Positions 25,140 through 37,318 are shown, counted from the first letter of the stretch. The stretch: DNA of 64,000 nucleotides from an uncultured Chloroflexia bacterium (GCA_963816675.1 CAWFLS010000021.1:88652-152651); one strand, 5' to 3'. The notes: generated from the sequence alone by a model not told the origin. Translations and numbers: made by a program.

Positions 25140-26652
25140 TCAAGCAGGTCGCCGAAGCAGCAGCCTCGCGGGTCGAGGCATGGATCCGCTCACCCGACGC
25201 GCCCGGACCGAGGTCTGCGAGCGTGCCGGCCACCGCGTCGAGGGCGGCCCGCGTCGTCGGTCCCATCCGCTCGCGGATCTCGTCCTGCCAGCCCACCACC
25301 GCGGTCGCGGTCAGCAGCTCGACCGTCAGGATGTCCTCGGCCAGGGCAAGCGCCTCATCGGTCCTCCGGACGGCGAGCGGTGCGTTCGTCGAGTGGTCCT
25401 CGACGCCGAGGTCGAGCGGCGCCGACGTCGAGCGTCGCCGGGATCGGCCAGCGTCCGAAGCTCCGCCGAGCGCGCGGCACCGCTCCAGCGCAGAAGCGGC
25501 GACCCGTATCGGCTCAGCCGTTCGGATCCCTCGGGCGTGAAGGCCGCCGGGTCAGAGGCCAGACGGTCCCACAGCTGACCCGTCCGCCGGTCCGACAGCT
25601 GGCCGACGTGAGCGAGGGCGGGCCGGACGCGTCGACCGCGAGCGCCATCAGCATCGGGTGGAAGTTGCCGTTGCTGATCATCCGATCCTCTTCGATCGAG
25701 ACGAGCGGGTTGTCGTCCATCGCGGCGAGCTCGCCGTCGACCGCGTCGGCCGCGAAGCCGAGCACCTCGCGGAACGCCCCGAGGACCTGCGGCGCCACCC
25801 GATACGAGAGTGGGTCCTGGACGGACGGCGCATCGCCGGTGCAGAGCCCGCTCCCCTCGAGGAACGCCATGATTCGCCGCGCGACGACCGCCTGACCCGG
25901 AACGGGCTTCGCTGCCGCGACGTCCGGCTGGACGATCGAGAGGTTGCCCTGGGCCGCTTCGAGCGACATCGCGACGACGAGGTCCGCGGCGTCGGCGAGC
26001 CGCCTCGCACGTTCGACCACGAGCGCCGCATGCCCGATCGAGACGCCGTTCGCGGAGATGATCGTCAGACCGTCCTTGGGCGCGAGACGGATCGGGTCGA
26101 TGCCGGCCCGTCGCAGCGCCTCGGCTCCCGGCATCCGTTCGCCGTCGAGCTCCGCCTCGCCCTCGCCCGATCGCGACGAGCGCGATCGCGGCCATGTGCA
26201 TGAGGTCGGACGCGCCGACCGAGCCGATCCACGGCACGATCGGATGGACGCCGGCATTCAGCATCGCCACGTAGGCGTCGGCGATCGCGGGCGAAGCGCC
26301 CGACCCGCCACGCGCGATGCCTGCCAGACGAACCGCCATCGCCGCACGGACGATCTCGGCCGGCATCGGCTGCCCGATGCCACCCGCGTGCACGCGGACG
26401 GTCATGAGCTGACTCTCCTCGAGGATCTCGAGCGGCACGCGCTCGTTGCGCATGTGGCCGAGGCCGGTGTTGAGGCCGTAGATCAGGGTGTCGCCGTTGA
26501 CCAGTCGGTCCACGACCGCCCGGGACTCGGCGATCCGCTCGATCGCGCGTGGCCCGAGCGACACCGGCGCGCCCCGGGCGATCGTCGACGATGTCGCGAA
26601 CGATCAGTGGCGCGTCGTCGATGACGATGCCGCCGACGGCGGTAGTCAGCAT
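25140..26652 (-). CDS. Aromatic amino acid/histidine ammonia-lyase family (PF00221-like) protein, frame-disrupted; 3' end uncertain
   Basis: 26065..26652 has MLTTAVGGIVIDDAPLIVRDIVD. 25326..26564 has SLGPRAIERIAESRAVVDRLVNGDTLIYGLNTGLGHMRNERVPLEILEESQLMTVRVHAGGIGQPMP and NAGVHPIVPWIGSVGASDLMHMAAIALVAIG. 25514..26257 has GEGEAELDGERMPGAEALRRAGIDPIRLAPKDGLTIISANGVSIGHAALV, QDPLSYRVAPQVLGAF and DDNPLVSIEEDRMISNGNFHPMLMALAVDA. Confidence 0.8.
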
Positions 26653-26701
26653 CGCGAGACGATGCGCGGGTCGATGTTCGCAGTCAAGAGGCTGGCCGCC
26701 G

Positions 26702-28385
26702 TCAGTGCCGGAAGTGACGCACTCCCGTCATGAGCATCGTCGCGTTCGCGGCGTTGACGACCTCGATCACGTCGGCATCGCGAACGGAGCCTCCCGGCTG
26801 CACGAATGCGGTCGTTCCGGCCGCAAGGCAGACCTCGACCGCATCGGCGAACGGGTAGAAGGCGTCCGACGCACACGACGACCCCGCGAGATCGGCTGGG
26901 TCCGCGTAGGCCCGTGCCTGAGCGACCGCACCCCGAGCGGCGTCGACCCGCGACGTCTGCCCGGAGCCCATCCCGATGAGGCGCCGGTCACGGACAAGGA
27001 CGATGGCGTTCGAGGTGACGCCGCGGACGAGGCGCCAGGCGAGGTCGAGGTCGACGCGTTCCTCGTCGGTCGGGATACGGCGCGTGGCGACCGTCCAGGT
27101 CGTCGGGTCATCGGGGATCGTGTCGGTCGCTGTGATGAGGACGGCGCCACCGGCGGTCCGGATCGAGCTCGTCGGACCGGGCCCGGGCGAAGCCGCGCGC
27201 GCAGGCTCGTCGCCGCCCAGGAGAGGATCGACCACGAGGCGCAGGTTCGGCTTTGTCGCCAACATCTCGAGCGCCGCATCGTCGAACCCCGGCGCGAGGA
27301 CGACCTCGAGGAAGATCGAGATGAGCGCCTCGGCCACCGCGCGGTCGACGGTCCTGGTCAGTGCGACCACTCCCCCGAAGGCCGACACCGGGTCGCCCGC
27401 AAGCGCCGACTGCCACGCGTCGAGGAGGGTCGCCCGTTCGGCGGCCCCGCACGGGTTGGTGTGCTTGACGATCACGACACCCGGCCCGCGCAGAGCCCGC
27501 CCGAGGGCCGACGCGGCGGCCGCGTCGAGGACGTTGTTGTACGACAGCGCCTTGCCCTGCAGCGGCGAACGATCGACGGCGAAGGGCCCGTCGTGGACGG
27601 TCCCGCCCGGCCGTCGGTATCGGGCGGCTGCCTGGTGGGGGTTCTCGCCGTATCGCAGGGTCTCGACCTTCTCGAGCGCGATCGTCAGCCGCGCCGGATA
27701 CGGGTCTGCCGCGGCCGGCAGGCCGGGCTCGTCGGGCAGATCGAGGCCGGCGCCGGCCATTCGCTGCGGCAACGCTTCGGCGATGCGTGCGTCGTACGCG
27801 GCGGTGTGCGCAAAGGCCTCGATCGCCAGCGCGCGTCGCAGCGCGGGGTCGATGCCGCCGTCGCCGTCGGCGTCGAGCGCGCGGAGGATCGCGTCGTACC
27901 GGTCCGGCGAGGTGACGATCGCGACGTTCGCGTGGTTCTTGGCGGCCGCGCGGACCATCGACGGCCCGCCGATGTCGATCTCCTCGACGAGCTCGTCGAC
28001 GGTCGATGCCGGGCCGCTCGAGCGCGGCTGCAAACGGATAGAGATTGACGACGACCAGCTCGAACGGGGCGATCGCAGCCGCGAGGAGCTGACGGCGGTG
28101 GTCCGGCAGGCGGCGGTCGGCAAGCAGCCCGCCGTGGATCCGCGGATGGAGCGTCTTGATCCTGCCGTCGAGCATCTCCGGGAACCCGGTCACGGCCGCC
28201 ACGTCGGTCACGGGAAGGCCGGCGTCACGCAGCGTTCGCGCCGTGCCACCAGTCGAGACCAGCTCGAAGCCGCGCGCGACGAGGCCCCGACCGAGCTCCG
28301 CCAGACCTGTCTTGTCGGAAACGGACAGGAGGGCACGCCGCGGGGTCGGAACCGCGACGTCGGCTCGGTCGAGATCGACGGTCAC
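26702..28385 (-). CDS. purH: Bifunctional AICAR formyltransferase / IMP cyclohydrolase (one frame change)
   Basis: 26702..28123 has [76 protein letters not shown] and [56 protein letters not shown]. The N-terminal MGS-like part is in 27108..28436 ([74 protein letters not shown]). The start is not fixed. GTG 28385 is the first plausible one, and no stop separates it from purN. Confidence 0.93.
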
Positions 28386-28961
28386 GCGCCGCGCGCCCGG
28401 CGGCACCGACAGCGCGCCCGCGAGCAGCAAGGCCACGGCGCGCGGCAGAAGCCGGTGCTCGACGGCCCGGATCCGGTCGTGGAGGCGTTGAACGTCATCG
28501 TCTGGGCAGGACCGCGACGGCTTCCTGGGCCACGATCGGGCCGCCGTCGAGCGTCGCGTCGACGAGGTGGACCGTGCAGCCGGTGACCGTCACGCCGTGG
28601 GCGAGCGCGTCAGCGACCGCATGCGCGCCCGGGAACGCCGGAAGAAGCGACGGGTGGGTATTGAGGATCCGGCCTTCGAAGCCCGCCAGGACCGCCGGCC
28701 CCACGATCCGCATGTACCCAGCCAGGACGACGGCGTCCACACCGGTCGCGAGGAGCGTCTCGGCAAGCGTCGCGTCGTCGCCGCCGGGGACGAGCGCGGT
28801 CTCGATCCCCTGCTCCGCGGCCCAGTTCGAGGGCGGGACAGGCCGCGGTCCGCGAACACGAGACCGATCGTGCCGCCGAGCTCGCCCCGGCCGGCGGCCG
28901 CGGCGAGCGCTCGCAGGTTCGATCCGGCACCCGAGACGCCGACCGCGATGCGACCCGTCAC
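28386..28961 (-). CDS. purN: Phosphoribosylglycinamide formyltransferase (frame-disrupted; no stop before purH as sequenced)
   Basis: GTG 28961 overlaps the purM stop (GTGA) and gives [38 protein letters not shown] (frame of 28590..30218). 28495..29013 has [106 protein letters not shown]. It then reads [33 protein letters not shown] (frame of 27108..28436). Confidence 0.88.
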
Positions 28962-30107
28962 GCGCGGGCTCCCGCTGCGCCCTCCAGCGGCCCTTCGACG
29001 TAGCGTGCTCCACCCACGCCAGCCGCTTCGATCACCTCGCCGACGACCGTGGCGACGACGCCGCAACTCGCGAGTGCACGCGATCGCGACCTCGACCGCG
29101 TCGGCGGGCAGCACGACGACCATCCCGAGGCCACCGTTGAACGTCGCCCGAACCTCTTCCTCGTCCAGGCCACCGAGCGCAGCGAACAGCCGCATGATCG
29201 ATGGCGTCGTCCAGCGGCCGGGGTCCAGCCTCGCGGCAAGACCGTCGGGAAGCGCTCTGGGCACGTTCCCGGGCAGTCCGCCGCCGGTGATGTGGGCCAG
29301 GCCACGGACATCGGAGCCGGCCGCACGAACCGCTGCCCGCGCCTCGAGGACCGCTCGCGCGTAGATCCGGGTCGGCGTCAGCAGCACCTCGCCGAGAGTG
29401 GCCATGGCCTCGTGCGGAGCGGCGGCGAGGACCTCGTCGGCCACCTTGTCGCCCAGCGTCCGGCGGAGGCGGAGCTGGTACGGATCGTCCAGTCGCAGCT
29501 CCCACTGGGCGAGCAGCGCCCGGACCAGCGAGTAGCCGTTGGCATGAAGACCGGACGACGGCAGGCCGAGGATGACGTCGTCCGCTCGTGCTGCGGTGCC
29601 GTCGAGCAGGTCGGCCCGTTCGACGACACCGATGCAGCACCCTGCGAGATCGAAGGCGTCGTCGGTCATCAGACCCGGATGCTCGGCAGTCTCGCCACCG
29701 ACGAGGGCGCACCCGGCCTCGCGACAACCCGCAGCCACGGAACCGACGAGCTCGGCGATACCCTCGGGAACGACGTGGCCGACGGCGACGTAATCGAGGA
29801 AGGCGAGTGGCTCGGCTCCGCTGCACACGACGTCGTCGGCGCACATCGCCACGAGATCGATGCCGATCGTGTCGAACCGCATGAGCGCGGACGCGATCGC
29901 GGTCTTGGTGCCGACGCCATCGGTCGAGGCGACGAGCAGCGGCTCGCGGTATCGTGCCGGGATGGCGATCGCGCCACCGAAGCCACCGAGGCCGCCGATC
30001 ATCTCCGGCCGCCGGGTGGACTCGACCTCGGCACGCATCAGGTCGACCGCTCGATCGCCTGCTGCGACATCGACACCTGCAGCCCGGTAGGCGCCACGCC
30101 TGATCAT
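28958..30107 (-). CDS. purM: Phosphoribosylformylglycinamidine cyclo-ligase (AIR synthetase), one frame change
   Basis: ORF 28590..30218, starting at the internal ATG 30107. It reads MIRRGAYRAAGVDVAAGDRAVDLMRAEV, LVASTDGVGTKTAIA, DLVAMCADDVVCSGAEPLAFLDYVA, GCALVGGETAEHPG, LPSSGLHANGYSLVR, GLAHITGGGLPGNVPRALP, FNGGLGMVVV. The last ~35 codons are in 28958..29326 ([34 protein letters not shown]). Confidence 0.93.
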
Positions 30108-30123
30108 CGCTCGCCGTGCCCGG

Positions 30124-31617
30124 TCATCGGTCGCCTCGAGCTCCTGCAGCGACCGGCTCCTCCAGCATGTACTTGCGGCTGGCGGCGTCGTAGGGCACGG
30201 GCTCGGGGTAGCGGCCATCGAAGCAGGCGAAGCAGAACCGCTCGTACGGTAGGTCGAGCGCGGCGAGCACGCCCTGGATCGAGAGATACCCGAGCGAATC
30301 GGCTCCGATGAAGTCGCGTATCTCGGTCTCGGTGTGACTGGCCGCGATCAGCTCGGTCTCGACCTGCGTGTCGATGCCGTAGAAGCACGGGTGGTAGATC
30401 GGCGGCGCGCTGATCCGGACGTGGACCTCGGCCGCGCCCGCGCGGCGAAGCAGCTCGACGATCCGTTTCGTCGTCGTCCCGCGGACGATCGAATCGTCGA
30501 CGACGATCAGCCGCTTGCCGGCGACGACCTCGCGCAGCGGGTTCAGCTTGATGGTGACGCCCCGATGGCGCAGCCCGCTCGACGGCTGGATGAAGGTCCG
30601 TCCGGCGTACCGGTTCCGATACATCCCTTCTCGATACGGCAGGCCGGACGCCTCGGCATAGCCCGCCGCGGCCGGGGCGCCCGTGTCCGGGACGGGCATC
30701 ACGAGGTCGGCATCGATGGGGTGCTCGCGCGCGAGCTGCATGCCCATCTGGCGGCGGGCCTCGTACAGGTTGCGGCCCTCCATGTATGAATCGGGACGGG
30801 CGAAGTAGATCAGCTCGAAGACGCACAGCGCGGGCGTCGCATCGGCGAAACGGACGGACCTCGGCGCCTGCCCTGGCTCGAGGACGACGATCTCACCGGG
30901 CTCGACGTCGCGGACGTATTCGGCTCCGACGATGTCGAGCGCCGCCGTCTCGGACGACAGGCACCAGCCCGCCGTAGCCTCGTCGCCGTCCCAGAGGCCG
31001 TCGTCGGGACCGCCGGCGGCGACCGGCATCCGCCCGAGGACCAGCGGCCGGAAGCCGAACGGATCGCGAACGCCGATGACCCGCCGCTGATCGAGGACCA
31101 CGAGGCTGTACGCCCCGCGCACCCGGGGCAGCACCTGCCGGAGCGCGTCGACGGTGTCGCCCGCGGGCTCGTCGGCGAGGAGCGCCGTCAGCAGCTCGGT
31201 GTCGGTCGACGCCGGCCAGACGTCCTCGGCCTCCCTGGAGCTGGTCGAGCAGGTCCCTCGTATTGACGAGGTTGCCGTTGTGGCCGACCGCAAGCGCCCG
31301 CCGCGGCCCGAGGCGGTATGTCGGCTGGGCGTTCTCCCAGACGGTCGAGCCGGTGGTCGAATAGCGGCAATGGGCGATGGCCAGCTGGCCTCGCAGGCTC
31401 GGCAGCCGGCGCTCGTCGAGCACAGTGCTGATCATCCCGAGATCCTTGTAGAGCATCAGCTGCTCGCCGTCGCTCACGGCCAGACCGGCCGATTCCTGAC
31501 CGCGATGCTGGAGGGCGAAGAGGCCGAGCGCCGCGACGGACGCGGCGTCGGTCCGCCCGGTTCGCCGAGTTCAGCCTGTTCGCCGGCCGGCAGGACCACG
31601 CCGAACACGCCGCACAT
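30124..31617 (-). CDS. purF: Amidophosphoribosyltransferase, frame-disrupted
   Basis: ATG 31617 gives MCGVFGVVLPAGEQ (nucleophile Cys2; my reverse-strand reading). 30893..31477 has SDGEQLMLYKDLGMISTVLDERRLPSLRGQLAIAHCRYSTTGSTVWENAQP and AVGHNGNLVN. 30124..31293 has RGAYSLVVLDQRRVIGVRDPFGFRPLVLG, FELIYFARPDS, VPDTGAPAAAGYAEASGLPY, RLIVVDDSIVRGTTTKRIVELLRRAGAAEVHVRISAPPIYHPCFYGIDT and ACFDGRYPEP. Confidence 0.93.
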
Positions 31618-31620
31618 CGC

Positions 31621-33949
31621 TCAGCCCTCCCAGCCGAGGGCCCGGCCGAGACCGTGGTCCCAGGCGTGCCGAAGGTCGCGGAGCGCGGACCTCGATCGCA
31701 TCGGCGACACGGCTGCCGCGCTCCTCGGCGGCCCCCGTCGCGCCGGCACCGCCCAGCTCGACGACGAGACGGTCGCCACCGACCGTGCCGATCGTCTCGA
31801 CCGGCAGACCGAACTGTCGCGCCAGGAGCGCCAGGGCAGCGGCATATCGCGGCCGGCAGCTGACGACGAGCCGTGACGGGCCTTCCCCGAATAGGTCGAC
31901 CGCCGGCGAATGCGCGACGAGGATCCGCACCGAGGCGCCTAGCTCGCCCCAGATGGCGCACTCCGCGAGGGCGACCGCAAGACCGCCTCCCGATACGTCC
32001 TGTGCCGAGGCGACGAGACCCCGCGACGATCGCCTCGCGGATGAAGGCCTGGAGGGCCGCCTCGCGGGCGAGGTCGAGGACGGGCGGCAGATCGCCGGGC
32101 GCCGCCCCGGCGAGCGCCTCGTAGGCCGATCCGGCAAGACCGGGCGCCACCTCGCCCGACGAGCAGGATCGCGTCGTGGGCGCGCACGAAGGCCGGGCCG
32201 ACGAGCGCCGCCACGTCGTCGAGCAGGCCGACGACACCGATCTCGGCGGTCGGGGCGATCGCGCCACCCTGCGATTCGTTGTAGAGCGAGACGTTGCCCC
32301 CGGTGACCGGCAGACCGAGCGCGCGGCACGCGTCGCCGAGGCCGCGGACGCCCTCGGTCAGCTGCCAGAACGCCTCGGGTCGGGTCGGGTCGCCGTAGTT
32401 CAGGCAGTTCGTCACACCGAGCGGGCGGGCGCCTGTGATCGAGACGTTGCGCGTCGCCTCGGCGACCGACAACGCCGCGCCCAGCCACGGATCGAGCGTC
32501 GCCGACGGCCGCGTTGCCGTCGGTCGAGGCGACGAGCGCCTTCGTCGTCCCCTTCACGCGCAGGACGGCGGCACCGCGACCCGGACCGACGACCGTGTCC
32601 GCGCCGACCGTCGAGTCGTACTGGTGGAACACGGCGTGGCGCGAGGCCAGTCCGCCGAACCGAGGAGGCCGAGCAGGACGGCGCCAGGGTCCATCCCTCG
32701 CTCCGGCAGGCGGTCGGCCGGCTCGAGCGGGCGCACCAGGTGCCGGCGCGCCGCGGCGGTGGACCGGCGGCGCACCGATCCGCTCATGGACGATGGCGTC
32801 GCTGGTGAGCGCCGCGGCCGGGATCCGGGCGATCTCGCGCGCGCCCGGAGCCGGCCGGCCAGCTGTCGTCGACCCCGCCCTCGACCACGGCGATGTCGCC
32901 GTCGTCGGTGACCCGGCCGATGACGCGACCGGCAGGTCCCAGTGCTCGCACACGGCACGCACCTCGGGCCACCGCTCGGGCGCGACGACAGCGCACATCC
33001 GTTCCTGCGACTCGGAGATCATCACCTCGAACGGCGCGAGACCCGGCTCGCGGCGCGGGATCGCATCGAGGTCGACGATCATCCCGGTCCCGGCGCGATC
33101 GGCCGTCTCGGACGTCGCGCACGTGATGCCACCGGCCCCGAGGTCCTGGAGACCCTCGACCAGCCCGCGCTCGATCAGCTCGAGGCTGGCTTCGATCAGC
33201 AGCTTCTCGGCGAACGGATCGCCGACCTGGACCGACGGGCGCTTCGACGCGTCGTCGTCGCGTGAAGGTGGAGCTGGCGAGGACCGATGCCCCACCGATG
33301 CCGTCGCGCCCCGTGGCCGACCCGAACAGGACGACGAGGTTGCCGGGTCCAGGCGCCGTCGCGAGCGTCAGAAGCCGCTCCTCGAGGAGACCGATGGCCA
33401 TGACGTTGACGAGCGGGTTGCCCTGGTAGCTCGGGTCGAACACGAGCTCGCCGCCGACCGTCGGCACGCCGACGCAGTTGCCGTAACCGCCGACCCCGCG
33501 GACGACGCCGTCGACGAGGTGCCGCGTCCGCGGATCGGCCGGGTCGCCGAACCGGAGCGCGTCGAGGATCGCGATCGGCCGTGCGCCCATCGTGAAGATG
33601 TCGCGCAGGATCCCGCCGACGCCGGTCGCGGCACCCTGGTACGGCTCGACGGCGGACGGATGGTTGTGCGACTCGATCTTGAACGCGACGGCGAGTCCGT
33701 CGCCGATCGAGATGACGCCGGCGTTCTCGCCCGGGCCGGCGACGACGCCCTCGCCGGCCGTCGGAAGCGTCCGCAGCAGCGGCTTCGATGACTTGTAGGA
33801 GCAGTGCTCGCTCCACATGACGCTGAACATCGCGAGCTCGAGGTCGTTCGGGTCCCGGCCGCCGAGCCTGTCGCGGATGGCGTCGAGCTCCTCGTCGGTG
33901 ACGCCGAGCGCCGATGGAGCGGCTCGGTGGCGCGCTCGGCGACCGTCAC
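31621..33949 (-). CDS. purL: Phosphoribosylformylglycinamidine synthase subunit PurL (FGAM synthase II), frame-disrupted
   Basis: GTG 33949 overlaps the purQ stop. 32784..33830 has [80 protein letters not shown] and [12 protein letters not shown]. 31571..33295 has [82 protein letters not shown] and [22 protein letters not shown]. 31939..32472 has [62 protein letters not shown]. It ends LGWEG* (31621). At least 6 frame changes. Confidence 0.92.
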
Positions 33950-34705
33950 CGCGCGGCGCCTGCGACGACGGCGATCGGACGGCATCGCGGATGGGCTGCC
34001 CGCGCCGCGCTCTCGACGAGCGATCGGATGATCCCGAGTCCCGTCCTCCGAGCCGAGGATCGCCTCGGCGGCGCGCTCTGGATGCGGCATCAGCCCCGCG
34101 ACATTGCCGGCCGCGTTGAGGACGCCGGCGATCGCGCGACCGAGCCGTTCGGGTTCGCCGGACTGTCCGGACGCGGCCGAGTCGCCGCGACGCGTCGACG
34201 TAACGGAACAGGACACGACCGTCGCGCTCGAGCGCATCGAGCGTCGCTGTCGTCGGCGTAGTAGCGGCCTTCGCCGTGCGCGACCGGCATCCGAAGCGGC
34301 CCGGCCGCAGTCCAGCGCATGGGTGAACGGCGTGTCGAGCCGCTCGGCAGCGATCGAGACCGTCTGACCCGCGAACCGGAGCGAGGCGTTCCGCAGCAGG
34401 GCACCGGGCACGAGGCCGGCCTCGGCGAGCACCTGGAAGCCGTTGCAGATCCCGAGCACGAGACCGCCCTCGGCGGCGAACGCGCCGACGGCACGCATCA
34501 CCGGGCTGAACCGGGCGATGACACCAGCCCGGACGTAATCGCCGTAGGCGAACCCACCGGGCAGGACGACAGCGGCGACGCCATCGAGCGACACCTGCTC
34601 ATGCCAGAGGGGAACCGGGTCCGCGCCGACGAGAGCCAGCGCGTGGAGCGTGTCCCGATCGCAGTTGCTCCCCGGGAAGACGACGACGCCGATCCGGACC
34701 GGACA
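33946..34705 (-). CDS. purQ: Phosphoribosylformylglycinamidine synthase glutaminase subunit PurQ, frame-disrupted
   Basis: GTG 34705 gives [34 protein letters not shown] (my reverse-strand reading). 33368..34594 has [74 protein letters not shown] (catalytic Cys in GICNGFQ) and [22 protein letters not shown]. 34090..34494 has [15 protein letters not shown]. The stop is TGA 33946. Confidence 0.9.
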
Positions 34706-34707
34706 CG

Positions 34708-35014
34708 CTCAGGACTCCCCGGCACGTCCGGCAGGCGACGTTCCGAAGGCGACGCCGACGCTCGAGCCGCTCGAGCGACGCAGACCTCGATCAGCGGGTT
34801 CGACAGGAGGTCTCGACGCGAGCCGCTCGACGATCGCGCGCGCCGCCGCCTTCGTCGTCGGCGTCTACGCTGAGCTCGGCTCGCCGTGCCGATCCGGACG
34901 TCGTGCACGCCTGTGATGCGCGAGGTGGCCGAGGCTCCGCTCCACCGCCCGACCGGCCGGATCGAGGATCCCTGGCTTCGGGATGACGTTGACGGCGTAC
35001 CGGAACGTCGTCAT
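34708..35014 (-). CDS. purS: Phosphoribosylformylglycinamidine synthase subunit PurS, frame-disrupted
   Basis: ATG 35014 gives MTTFRYAVNVIPKPGILDPAGRAVERSLGHL (34865..35227 frame). It continues HDVRIG...LLSNPLIEVCV (34498..34908 frame). The stop TGA 34708 lies 3 nt before the purQ GTG. Confidence 0.85.
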
Positions 35015-35974
35015 GGAGCGATCACGTCGTCCGCGAGGTAGCGCTCGAAGCTGCGCGCCGGTGATCCGCTCGTACGCCTCGACGTACCGAGCGCGCGTCC
35101 CTGCGACCACGTCGCCGGCAGGGCCGGCCCGGCGTGGTCTTGTCCCACGGCTGGCGTTCCAGCCAGTCGCGCGCGAACTGCTTGTCAAAGCTTGCCTGTG
35201 GACGCCCCGGCTCATAGGACGAAGCATCCCAGAATCGAGACGAATCGGGCGTCAGGACCTCGTCGATCAGGATAGGATCGACGGGCCGACTGTCGCTCCG
35301 TCGAGCGCAAGACCGAACTCGAACTTCGTGTCGGCCAGCAGGATGCCGCGACGCTCGGTGACGGCTGACGCGAAGCGCGTAGAGCCTCAGGGCGCGATCC
35401 CGGATCGCCTGCCAGTCGCCGCGTGGCCGTCGGCGCGGGCATCTCGGACCCGAGGGCGACCATCGTCTCGAAGCTCGATGTTCTCGTCGTGCTCGCCGAG
35501 CCTCGGCCTTGGTCGCCGGCGTGAAGATCGGCTCCGGAAGTCGATCGCTCTCGCGCAGGCCGGGCGGCAGCGAGACCCCGCAGACCGTGCCGCTGCCTCG
35601 GTATGCCTTCCAGCCCGAGCCCGCCAGGTAGCCGCGGACGACGGCCTCGATCGGGACCACGTCGACCCGGCCGGCAGATCATGATCCGGCCCGCGAGGTC
35701 GTCGAGCAGCGGTAGTTCGGGAGCGCCGCGCGTGTATCCTCGAGGACCGCGACGTCCGTCGCAAGCAGATGGTTCGGCACGAGTCGCGGCTGTCTCAGCG
35801 AACCAGAACCGGGACAGGCCGGTGAGGACGCGACCCTTGTCGGGCATCGATCGGTCGGCAGCACGACGTCGAACGCCGCTGATGCGATCCGAGGCGACGA
35901 GGAGCAGCCGGCCATCGGGAAGCGAATAGAGGTCGCGGACCTTGCCCGAGCGAACGAACCGTCTCAGCGAGCAT
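35011..35974 (-). CDS. purC: SAICAR synthetase, frame-disrupted
   Basis: ATG 35974 (MLAET). 35212..36264 frame has RFVRSGKVRDLYSLPDGRLLLVASDRIS and MPDKGRVLTGLSRFWFAET. 35679..35915 has FDVVLPTD. 35022..35660 has VPIEAVVRGYLAGSGWKAYRGSGTVCGVSLPPGLRESDRLPEPIFTPATKAE and ILIDEVLTPDSSRFWDASSYEPGRPQASFDKQFARDWL. The end is ARYVEAYERITGA plus SFERYLADDVIAP*, with TGA overlapping the purS ATG. Confidence 0.9.
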
Positions 35975-37318
35975 CGGCGGTCGCCTTCACGCGCGGCTGC
36001 GTCCGGCGAGTCGCATCGGCGAGCCTGTCGAGGCGGGCGATGACCTCGGGGACGTGCTCGAGGAAGCCGGCGTCGTCGAAGCAGGCGTCGAGCCGGGCGA
36101 GCGAGAGACGCTGTGCGACGAGGGGTTCGACCGACGAGGAGGTCGCGAAGCGGCACCCGCTCGTCGGCCGCCCGAAGCGACGCACGCTGCACGATCGGCG
36201 TACGCCTCCTCGCGGGCGAGGCCGCCGTCGTCGACGAGCGCGACGAGGACGCGCGACGAGGCATGGAGCCCGAGGCCTCGGGCGATGTTGTCGCGCATCC
36301 GCTCGGAGCGGACCAGGAGTCCCTCGACGAGGCCCGTCATCCGGACGAGGAGGTAGTCGAGGACGATCGTCGCGTCGGGGAGGATGACCCGCTCGGCGCT
36401 CGAATGGCTGATGTCGCGCTCGTGCCAGAGCGGCTGGTCCTCGAGGGCCGTCTGGGCGTAGCCGCGGAGCAGCCGGGCGAGCCCTGCGACCCGCTCCGAC
36501 AGGATCGGATTCCGTTTGTGGGGCATCGCCGACGACCCCTTCTGGCCCGGCTTGAACGGCTCCTGGAGCTCGCCGATCTCGGTGTGCTGGAGGTTGCGGA
36601 CCTCGGTGGCGAAGCGCTCGAGCGATCCGCCGAGGACCGCGATCGCGGTCAGCAACGCCGCGTGCCGGTCGCGCTGGACGATCTGGGTGCTGACCGGATC
36701 GGCGTGGAGACCGAGCGCGGCGAGGACCTCCGCCTCGACGTCCGGGGCGAGGTGGCTGTACGTCCCCACGGGACCCGAGATCTTGCCGGTGCCGATCTCG
36801 TCGACTGCGGCCGCGAGACGCGTCCGCCCACGCTCGACCTCGAACGCCCACCCGGCGAGCTTGAGGCCGAGGGTCGTCGGCTCGGCGTGGACCGAGTGGG
36901 TGCGGCCCATCATCACGGTGTCGGCCTCGGCCCGGGCGCGCGCGACGAGCGCCAGGAGCAGCCGGTCGGCGTCGGCCAGCAGCCGCTCACCGGCGGCCCG
37001 GAGCTGGAGCGCGAGCCCGGTGTCGACCACGTCGCTGCTCGTCAGGCCGAGGTGGAGGTAGCGGCCGTCGGGTCCGACGGTCTCGGCGACCTGGCTGACG
37101 AAGGCGATGACGTCGTGGTCGGTCGTCCGCTCGATCACGGCGATCCGATCGACGTCGACGTGGGCACGCGTCTCGAGCGCCGCGAGCGCGTCGGGCGGGA
37201 TCTGACCGCGCGCAGCCTGGGCCCGCGCGACGGCCAGCTCGACCCGGAGCATCGCCTCGAAGCGGGCGGTGTCCGTCCAGATCGCACCCATCTCGGGCAG
37301 CGTGTAGCGCGGGATCAT
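35964..37318 (-). CDS. purB: Adenylosuccinate lyase (about 400 codons uninterrupted, then 2 frame changes)
   Basis: ATG 37318 inside ORF 35987..37591. It reads MIPRYTLPEMGAIWTDTARFEAMLRVELAVARAQAARG, HLGLTSSDVVDTGLALQL, MMGRTHSVHAEPTTLGLK, GKISGPVGTYS and KGSSAMPHKRNPILSERV (fumarate-lyase signature). It ends FLEHVPEVIARLDRLADATRRTQPRVKATADAR* (35964..36851 frame). Confidence 0.93.
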
